The notes under the pieces were generated by a model. The model did no database searches and was not told the origin of the DNA. It saw only the letters and a program-made list of their open reading frames with translations. Below are positions 57,858-64,000 of a DNA stretch of 64,000 nt, piece after piece. Numbering within the stretch: position 1 is the first letter of the stretch; the number at the start of each line of letters is the position of its first letter. Source of the DNA: a virus; the IMG/VR virus record IMGVR_UViG_3300027896_000001, positions 110,650-174,649 of that record; one strand, given 5' to 3'. A program made the position numbers and the translations under genes.

Positions 57858-57933
57858 ATCGGCTGCATACTGCCGGTGGGGCGGTGACTGCGTGCGCTGG
57901 TAAGAAGCGCCGTTGGTCACGTATGCAACCGAT
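57858..57933 (-). ncRNA. Three-way junction RNA candidate (array C, unit 5)
   Basis: ATCGGTTGCATAC/GTATGCAGCCGAT; GTGAC/GTCAC; GCGCT/AGCGC. Confidence 0.6.
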
Positions 57934-57940
57934 AATTTTA

Positions 57941-58026
57941 ACAGGGGCGGGGCATACATTTGGACGATCTGCACAATCTCGCCATAAAAATTATGCCCTT
58001 ACTAGTTGTGCAACTCTTGCCCCTGT
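57941..58026 (-). ncRNA. Pseudoknotted RNA candidate (array C, unit 4)
   Basis: ACAGGGGC/GCCCCTGT; TGCACAA/TTGTGCA crossing GGGCATA/TATGCCC. Confidence 0.6.
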
Positions 58027-58037
58027 CGATTAGATAA

Positions 58038-58159
58038 GACCTTATTCTGACGGGCGCGATTGTTTTGCCATATTCAGCACCGGTAGAGATATGGCGCAGG
58101 GTGGTCTACCAACAGTTTCTAGAAAACTGTCCGCTCTGGCGGGACCGCCAGAATAGGTC
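58038..58159 (-). ncRNA. Pseudoknotted RNA candidate (array C, unit 3)
   Basis: GACCT(A)TTCTGGCGG/CCGTCAGAATAAGGTC; ACAGTTT/AAACTGT; H-type knot GGTAGA/TCTACC plus GCCATAT/ATATGGC. Confidence 0.6.
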
Positions 58160-58180
58160 ATAATTTACTGAAAATAGTCA

Positions 58181-58213
58181 GGGCCCAGGTTTTATTGCAA
58201 TCTACCCAGGCCC
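58181..58213 (-). ncRNA. Short hairpin (array C, unit 2)
   Basis: GGGCCTGGGT/ACCTGGGCCC, perfect only with G-U on the - strand. Confidence 0.4.
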
Positions 58214-58228
58214 CAACCAATCGTATCA

Positions 58229-58342
58229 AGACAGGCTCACCGCCCGAGGTTACCGGGCGAGTAGCGTCACGAGTAACGCCGGCAGGTTTTTAAAACACCT
58301 CTCGTAAGATGTTCGATTATCCCTACCTCGCTTCGCCTGCCT
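58229..58342 (-). ncRNA. Pseudoknotted RNA candidate (array C, unit 1)
   Basis: AGGCAGGC/GCCTGTCT; CGCCCG/CGGGCG; GCGTTAC/GTGACGC; long-range CGAGGT/ACCTCG and TACGAG/CTCGTG. Confidence 0.55.
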
Positions 58343-58351
58343 CTACACAAT

Positions 58352-58558
58352 TTACTTTCTATCGAGCAGTTTATATAGCGTTATTGACTGCCCGGTATTA
58401 TTGTCCTTAATCGTGATTTTCTCTCGGAAGCTCACGTCGTCCTCCGTGAGCTCTTTGTGTCCTAACAATACTATTTCCTCACCTTTGCGGACTTTATCCG
58501 CTTTGGTTTGGAAAACCTTCCACCAACCTACCTTCTCCATGACAGCGTAAAACGCCAT
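58352..58558 (-). CDS. Hypothetical protein
   Basis: SD AAGGA, preceded by the leader hairpin. Confidence 0.6.
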   Translation of the reverse strand: MAFYAVMEKVGWWKVFQTKADKVRKGEEIVLLGHKELTEDDVSFREKITIKDNNTGQSITLYKLLDRK

Positions 58559-58574
58559 GGTGATTCCTTTCTAT

Positions 58575-58594
58575 GCCCGTGCCGTAGCGTGGAC
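58575..58594 (-). promoter_or_regulatory. Repeated pre-SD leader hairpin, copy 1
   Basis: GTCC-AC-GC(TACG)GC-AC-GGGC just before the SD. Confidence 0.6.
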
Positions 58595-58600
58595 GGTGAG

Positions 58601-59410
58601 TTAGCATCTCTCTACATGAATCCGCGGTGAAACCTTACCATCGGCCCTGCCATGATTATAAACATCAACCAGCAAATCCAACCACTCTTGATCGCGGTCA
58701 CACCCACTGATTCCATGAATCATATTAGCGCACTGTTCGGTTTGCTCCATCATGGATGAGTGGTTGTAATGGTAATCGTTAATCAGTTGAAATGCCGCGC
58801 GTAGAAAGGCTCGCGAACTGATAGAAGTGGGAAACTTCGGAACCAAATCCTTTATTTGTTTGATAAAGGATATATAGACCCGGAAATCCGTTTCCTTGAA
58901 TTTATCATTCAATTCGCCACGCTGGAATGGAGTCCAGTCTTCGTTTTTGCGCCCTGCGCCTTGATGCATTAGGATGAGGCCAAAATCAATCGATATTGAA
59001 TTCTGGGTGATAAATTTCCCAAATTTCATATATCCCTCGAAACCCCAATCCACATAGGCCGCCAGGAAATCCCCGGACGTCCAAGGCTTTCTCAAACACT
59101 GTCGTTGAGCTAAATCGAGAATAGTAGGCTTTTTATCCACCAACACAAATCGTATCGGCAGACCATACGAGCTCAATGCGTATGACCTGTTCTGGCCGTC
59201 GATAATCCATAATTTCCGACCGTCCCAGAAACAATCGGCAGGGGAAAATTCGGCCCCCTGTTTCAATGCCGCTACGAGCTTGTTGACAAACGGCATATTA
59301 ATCAAACGATTCCATGAGAGTTGATTGAAATCGTTCCATTCTCGGGTTTCGTAAATATAACCCGAGACCTTGACTCCAAGACTATTCTTTTCCTTTTCCG
59401 TAAGAATCAT
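58601..59410 (-). CDS. ParB-N-like domain protein
   Basis: NR.IN...V..L, IIDGQNR..A, W...D. Confidence 0.65.
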   Translation of the reverse strand: MILTEKEKNSLGVKVSGYIYETREWNDFNQLSWNRLINMPFVNKLVAALKQGAEFSPADCFWDGRKLWIIDGQNRSYALSSYGLPIRFVLVDKKPTILDLAQRQCLRKPWTSGDFLAAYVDWGFEGYMKFGKFITQNSISIDFGLILMHQGAGRKNEDWTPFQRGELNDKFKETDFRVYISFIKQIKDLVPKFPTSISSRAFLRAAFQLINDYHYNHSSMMEQTEQCANMIHGISGCDRDQEWLDLLVDVYNHGRADGKVSPRIHVERC

Positions 59411-59426
59411 TTTAATCCCTTTCTAT

Positions 59427-59448
59427 GCCCGTGCCACATGGCGTGGAC
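59427..59448 (-). promoter_or_regulatory. Repeated pre-SD leader hairpin, copy 2
   Basis: GTCC-AC-GCC(ATGT)GGC-AC-GGGC. Confidence 0.6.
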
Positions 59449-59455
59449 AGTGAAG

Positions 59456-59743
59456 TTATATGATATTGTGACGCTTTCCGATCGTCACGTATTCCTGGTA
59501 TTCAGTTTCAGTAATTTTCTTTCCAAGTTGCCTTTCCAATGCTTCCCGAAATCCGTCAATAACTTTGTGTTTTCTCTGTTTGCGCTCGGGAATAGCGCCG
59601 GCCAAGGCTTCCATGTAACCGTCAAGAACTGCACAGTCTTTTTTAAATACCTTGTTCGCCTGCTCTAGTTCTTTTGTATTTCCACTTAAACAGTGGTGAA
59701 TCTCTGCTATACGTTCGTCTAAGAACGCTGAATTCTGATTCAT
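59456..59743 (-). CDS. Hypothetical protein
   Basis: SD AAGGAG. Confidence 0.6.
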   Translation of the reverse strand: MNQNSAFLDERIAEIHHCLSGNTKELEQANKVFKKDCAVLDGYMEALAGAIPERKQRKHKVIDGFREALERQLGKKITETEYQEYVTIGKRHNII

Positions 59744-59754
59744 AATATCTCCTT

Positions 59755-59787
59755 GCCCGTGCCGTAGCGTGGGCTTGGTTTAGGTTA
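59755..59787 (-). promoter_or_regulatory. Repeated pre-SD leader hairpin, copy 3, with upstream TAACCTAAACCAAG
   Basis: GCCC-AC-GC(TACG)GC-AC-GGGC; upstream 14-mer shared with 61462-61475. Confidence 0.6.
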
Positions 59788-59832
59788 AAGTACATAACAA
59801 AATAGTTATCTCAGAATACAAGGTCGAATAAC

Positions 59833-60043
59833 AAGGGCAACAACGGAGTATCGGCAGCCATCCCGACATCTCAAGAGCCGTCCCCAAAATATCAGCTCTG
59901 CCTGGCTACTTCCCTGAACTCCAAGCCACCAGGATAGCGACTCGGCATGGGGCCTTGCCCCTTCAGGTTGGAACGAATCGCTCCAGCATACCAGCACCTT
60001 AGCCCGCTGGGAAAACGAGCCATTCAGTCACGTTGTCGCCCTT
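59833..60043 (-). ncRNA. About 210-nt multi-branch RNA candidate
   Basis: 13-bp terminal stem AAGGGCGACAACG/CGTTGTTGCCCTT (G-U on -); many inner helices with crossing pairs. Confidence 0.6.
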
Positions 60044-60048
60044 TTATT

Positions 60049-60495
60049 TTATTTTTTATCTACCGGAGTTCTTTCTTTATACTCCGACACATCAACGTAA
60101 TGAATGTCACGGCAATGATAACAATGCATCTTGTCGTATGCCGCTTGCACCACATCGCAAAACTTCTTGTCATACTGTAATTCATTATTATTGAAATACC
60201 CAATGTCTTCAACCAGGACAGCGTTAGCGTCTGACTCGTCGCCAATTTTTGTTATTTTTGATACGACAATCCCAGTGTTTTGGCTGTCATGATTGCCGGA
60301 AACGATATGATATCCAACCTCTATTGCGAAAATTGCATGAGGTTGATCGAACCTCGGTTTTGGCAGGAAGAGTGGTTTCAGGCGCTCTCCTTCTGGTCCG
60401 CACAGGACTTGGGCATGTCCTGTGTTGGTATACCCGGTTCCGATTTCGCAGAGTGTTGCGAGTCCGCTGCGGCTTCTGTCACATTTAAATTGCAT
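60049..60495 (-). CDS. Hypothetical protein
   Basis: SD AGGAGG; E.G.G.TNTG, G.RLKP, CYHCR..HY. Confidence 0.65.
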   Translation of the reverse strand: MQFKCDRSRSGLATLCEIGTGYTNTGHAQVLCGPEGERLKPLFLPKPRFDQPHAIFAIEVGYHIVSGNHDSQNTGIVVSKITKIGDESDANAVLVEDIGYFNNNELQYDKKFCDVVQAAYDKMHCYHCRDIHYVDVSEYKERTPVDKK

Positions 60496-60902
60496 ACATC
60501 CTCCTTGGCCGCGCTTTTGCCTGGCCGTGGGTTGCGTCCAAACCGGGGAAGCCGGTTCTGAACAGTTTTTAATATTTCATTTAATTCAAGACCTTCGCCA
60601 TAATTATCTATTGCACGATTTATTGCGCTCTCGTTAAGGAACCCAAGTTGGACAGCACGTAACACCGCGAGGAATAATGTAAGTTCCTCATGGCAGACGT
60701 CTTTATACAACATCCATACCCTTTCGGCGTAAATTCCGTGCGAGTCCAAGGCAAGGATATGAAGAAATGGATCCGCCGCGTCAGGATCGATTACGGCAGC
60801 ATCCAACAGAATATCAAAGCATATACGCAAGGCTCCTGGATTCCCTTGTCCTATTTTCTTTATTGCGGAATCCATACTGTCTTTTAACGTGATTCTTGGC
60901 AT
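60378..60902 (-). CDS. Conserved phage hypothetical protein
   Basis: GNPGAL, LD..GIY...VW.LYKDVC; start reassigned after the SD. Confidence 0.7.
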   Translation of the reverse strand: MPRITLKDSMDSAIKKIGQGNPGALRICFDILLDAAVIDPDAADPFLHILALDSHGIYAERVWMLYKDVCHEELTLFLAVLRAVQLGFLNESAINRAIDNYGEGLELNEILKTVQNRLPRFGRNPRPGKSAAKEDVCNLNVTEAAADSQHSAKSEPGIPTQDMPKSCADQKESA

Positions 60903-61015
60903 TGTGCAATCCTTTCTTGGCCGCGCTATCTGCATGGCCGGGAATAAAGAACAAAGAAAAATAAAAGAAACCCGGCGAGAGGATTTCTCCTCCCGCCGGT
61001 CTGACTTTAGCGAAA

Positions 61016-61426
61016 TTACTTCGACATCCGCTTGAGCTCTTTCTCGATAGCTTTGAAACGCGGAATCCAGCGTGTCTTAATACGTTTGTCGAGTTTCTTG
61101 TCGATAACCTCCATGATTTTGTTCGAGCGCTTTAGGCTGGGTTCCATGCGCTTGACGAGTTTCTTCGTCAGCGGCTTTATAGCAGCCTGAAGGTCATTCA
61201 TGATGGGTTCCGCCGTAAGGTACAGTTCAGCGATCGCATCAGCATTGTCGTAAATAACTTTGCCGAGTTCAGCGATAGCCGGCTTCGTTTCCTCGCATAC
61301 CACCTTGAAAGCATCTGCGAGTGCATCGGCGCCTGTTTGCCCGGCTACATAACCGATCCTTGAAATTTTGCGAATCTTGGCCGCAACGATCTTTTTCTTC
61401 AGCGCGTCAACGATTCTGATACTCAT
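61016..61426 (-). CDS. Amphipathic all-helical hypothetical protein
   Basis: SD GGAGG; apolipoprotein-like periodicity. Confidence 0.65.
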   Translation of the reverse strand: MSIRIVDALKKKIVAAKIRKISRIGYVAGQTGADALADAFKVVCEETKPAIAELGKVIYDNADAIAELYLTAEPIMNDLQAAIKPLTKKLVKRMEPSLKRSNKIMEVIDKKLDKRIKTRWIPRFKAIEKELKRMSK

Positions 61427-61501
61427 ACAATCCTCCCTGGCCTTACGTTTTCACGCGTGGCCTTGGTTTAGGTTAGAAACACAGACATTAAAGCATTCAT
61501 A

Positions 61502-61513
61502 ATAGTTATACCA
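61502..61513 (-). promoter_or_regulatory. Putative early promoter TGGTATAACTAT (one of about 5 copies)
   Basis: ATAACTAT on the - strand in intergenic gaps at 41113, 53958, 59802, 61502 and 62930. Confidence 0.5.
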
Positions 61514-61615
61514 GATTTTAGGCCTTTCTAACTTATCAATAATAGCTAAAAAAAAGGGCGCTTACAACGCCCTTAGCCATATCGGAGGCCTGCCGACATC
61601 AGAATTAAAAACTTT

Positions 61616-62800
61616 TTATTTTGTTATAATAAACTCACTATGATTACCAGAAATTGACATTAGATAAGCGCCTGTTGATAATCCCGATATTGGAAGATTC
61701 AGGATTCCGTTTTGGGCCAGATGTGTGGCTGAATAAATTCTTTTTCCAACAACATTGAACAGTTCAACCGTTAAAAGTCCGCCAGAAGCTTCCGGCAATA
61801 ATACGGTAACGTATTTTTTATTTACATTAATTCTGCATTTGCCGGAAATAGATTGGTTGAGATTGGACTGGCTAACACCGGTAATATCAAACTTTGAAGT
61901 CAGGATATCAGAAGGTCCAACGGCTACAAATACACCATCACTACAAGCTATAGACATTAACGCTCCGGTGGTATTTGAATTTTCCGGTATCCACACCATA
62001 CCATCGGAAGATGACAAAATAACGCCCTGATACCCCACTGCAACAAACTTACCATTACCAGCAGTAATAGAATTAAGACCTATAAGCGTTCCCGAATTTT
62101 GTTGTGTCCAAGTTTTAGCGTCTGGAGATGTTAAAATCGATCCACGAGTTCCAACGGCAACAAATTGCTTATAGTAATAAACTACTGATTGAAGAATGCT
62201 GTTTTTAATTGACGTATTTTGCGTAGTCCAGGTTATACCATCAACGGATGTCGCTGTTACGCCAAATGCGTATTGGGAAGGAGCGTTGCCATAAAGGGAA
62301 TCACCAATCCCCACTGCGACAAATTGTCCGTTACCATAACATATAGCTTTAAAATTATTGGTAGTATTAGTGTCTATTAAATTCCATGAAGTTCCGTTAC
62401 CATTAGTGGAAATTGCAAGAACTTCACGGCCAATAGCAACACACTTACCGCTGGCGCAAACCGCAGTACAAAGAGGGCGTTTTTTTTGATGCCATCTGAC
62501 GATCCAATCGCTGGTTATAGTGGCGCGTGTATATATTCCACTATCTCCACCAAAGACTATATAACCATTAGCACAACAAACTAATCCTGCAATTCCCCAT
62601 GAAAAAGGTATTGGTTCACAATACACCCAATTTATACCGTCATTAGAAGATTCCGCATGGCTATCCCCAAGAGCCATAAATTCATTATCATGAGCAACAA
62701 ATTTTAATTGATGAGTAGGGCTTTGTCTTTGCCATACGGTTTGCCCAAAACACATCGATACAAAAGCCAACGATAAAATGATTAGAATTGAGTTTTTCAT
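61616..62800 (-). CDS. Secreted beta-propeller (BNR-like repeat) protein with T9SS-type C-terminal sorting domain
   Basis: Signal peptide ending ...CFG|Q; L.SI..G.G.FVAVG..G.IL.S.DG..W repeats; VELFN..GK.I ... LSTG.Y...I C-terminus. Confidence 0.75.
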   Translation of the reverse strand: MKNSILIILSLAFVSMCFGQTVWQRQSPTHQLKFVAHDNEFMALGDSHAESSNDGINWVYCEPIPFSWGIAGLVCCANGYIVFGGDSGIYTRATITSDWIVRWHQKKRPLCTAVCASGKCVAIGREVLAISTNGNGTSWNLIDTNTTNNFKAICYGNGQFVAVGIGDSLYGNAPSQYAFGVTATSVDGITWTTQNTSIKNSILQSVVYYYKQFVAVGTRGSILTSPDAKTWTQQNSGTLIGLNSITAGNGKFVAVGYQGVILSSSDGMVWIPENSNTTGALMSIACSDGVFVAVGPSDILTSKFDITGVSQSNLNQSISGKCRINVNKKYVTVLLPEASGGLLTVELFNVVGKRIYSATHLAQNGILNLPISGLSTGAYLMSISGNHSEFIITK

Positions 62801-62945
62801 AAAGCCTCCTTGACCTAAGTTTACACTATGGTCGTGGTTAAGTAATTAAATAAATAGAAAGGGCCAGCACTTTCGTACCAGCCCTACAGAAAGGAATAAG
62901 CGTGTCATCGTTAAATGAACGCGCTCAATATAGTTATACCATATT

Positions 62946-63200
62946 TCAGGGGTTTATAACACCCGTCTTTTCAGGCCCTATTTTGTGATTTTCGAGATAT
63001 TTGAATACATCTTCAAGTTTTTTAAATCCTGTTGCCTCTTCATCTTCAACTGTAATTTCGTATTCATCTTCGATACTCATCCAGAATTCAACCTGATCAA
63101 GTGAGTCCATTCCCATAGATTCAGGCGTAGCATCTTTGGTAATTTTCTTTGGATCCACCCCTGTTCTTTCGATTAAAATTTCTTTGATTGTTTTAGCCAT
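62946..63200 (-). CDS. acpP: Acyl carrier protein
   Basis: G(M)DSLD.VE....IE..Y.I...DEE phosphopantetheine-site motif. Confidence 0.85.
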   Translation of the reverse strand: MAKTIKEILIERTGVDPKKITKDATPESMGMDSLDQVEFWMSIEDEYEITVEDEEATGFKKLEDVFKYLENHKIGPEKTGVINP

Positions 63201-63421
63201 TCGTGCACCTTCTTTCTAAAAAACAATATGTAGCCCCAGCGGAAAATATTGTATGAAACTACACACCCTATGGTTATTATTAAAGCATAAATGATTTTAT
63301 AGTTTATTTGTTCTGAGAAAACAACCGAAAGAAATATACCAAAAAATGCACATGCAATTGATGGTATAATCCAGAGAAAACCTATTTCAATTATTTTCTG
63401 CATTGTTTTCATGTTTTCCAT
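63173..63421 (-). CDS. Two-transmembrane hypothetical protein
   Basis: Two hydrophobic helices. Confidence 0.6.
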   Translation of the reverse strand: MENMKTMQKIIEIGFLWIIPSIACAFFGIFLSVVFSEQINYKIIYALIITIGCVVSYNIFRWGYILFFRKKVHEWLKQSKKF

Positions 63422-63603
63422 TTCCCTTTAACTGAATCGAAATTTTTGAGTTCCTTTTTTAACATTTTTAATGTGTATTCACTTACTTCAAAAGACCTTA
63501 AGTTATTTACAGCAAGTTTAAGAGCGGCATCAACCATATACCTTGCTGAATAAAACACCTTCTGCATTTCATCCACAGCTTCTTTTGCAGTCAAAACATC
63601 CAT
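63409..63603 (-). CDS. Hypothetical protein
   Basis: SD AAGGAGG. Confidence 0.6.
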   Translation of the reverse strand: MDVLTAKEAVDEMQKVFYSARYMVDAALKLAVNNLRSFEVSEYTLKMLKKELKNFDSVKGKWKT

Positions 63604-63612
63604 TAAACCTCC

Positions 63613-63804
63613 TTATTTTTTTTTCCTTTTTTTAATTGTTTTTTTAGGATTTTCTGTTTCTTTTGCCGGAAGAAATAAAACCATATCTATTTTTCCAGCC
63701 TTAATTGTTATTTTCTGTATTTCAAATGAAGTATAAAGGTTAAATCGCTTTTCACTTAATTGAAGTTCTTTTGTAACAGAACTATAAGACAAAAATATTT
63801 GCAT
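63613..63804 (-). CDS. Hypothetical protein
   Basis: SD AAGGAGG. Confidence 0.55.
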   Translation of the reverse strand: MQIFLSYSSVTKELQLSEKRFNLYTSFEIQKITIKAGKIDMVLFLPAKETENPKKTIKKRKKK

Positions 63805-64000
63805 ATTTCCTCCTTTAATGATTTCTCATCCAGCCAAAATTTGGAATACTTCTATAACTTCCATTACCCATATAATTACCATTGTATTGTATAGGAAAAT
63901 AAAATCTACAAGAACTTATAAAACGTTTTCCAATTTGCATACTTTCAGGAAACAATCCTGATCTTTCAATTACAGGATCTTGAGGAATTTCTGTTGCTGA

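Noticed and set aside
57677-58342. CRISPR array or mini-array
   Set aside because: Units are regularly sized but share no direct repeat, and no cas genes are present
59895-59970. Resemblance to E. coli 5S rRNA segments (CCCCATGCCGA, AGGGAA..GCCAGGCA)
   Set aside because: The segments pair in a different topology from 5S rRNA; probably coincidental
1-64000. Stop-codon reassignment (alternative genetic code)
   Set aside because: Genes are long and tightly packed under code 11, TAG and TGA end well-defined genes, and no suppressor tRNA was found

Overview
Fragment of a large contractile-tailed (myovirus-like, probably jumbo) bacteriophage genome with two convergent halves that meet at a bidirectional terminator near 32.7 kb. 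The + strand half (1-32707) is the virion module. It holds a prohead protease, scaffold-like and internal head proteins rich in K-x-A motifs, two paralogous decoration-like proteins, the major capsid protein, neck proteins, tail sheath and tail tube. Embedded in it are 6 glycosyltransferase-like genes, a seventh double-domain glycosyltransferase gene, 3 SAM methyltransferases and a 2623-aa fibre made mostly of (Ser-X)n repeats. Short Ser/Pro/Thr mucin-like tags are grafted onto five other structural proteins, which suggests a virion O-glycosylation system. The - strand half (32743-64000) carries many small hypothetical genes, an intein-containing class II ribonucleotide reductase, a DUF5664-like diphosphohydrolase, thioredoxin, an RRM protein, an acyl carrier protein and a T9SS-cargo-like protein. 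It also encodes three tRNAs and a tmRNA with an unusual 28-residue tag. The most striking feature is about 20 different compact structured RNA candidates in the intergenic gaps, many in tandem arrays. Nearly all are closed by a terminal helix and several are pseudoknotted. One looks like a circularly permuted copy of the 23S rRNA L1-stalk head and another like a 57-nt mini-tRNA. All RNA folds were derived by eye and protein calls come from motif recognition, not database searches.
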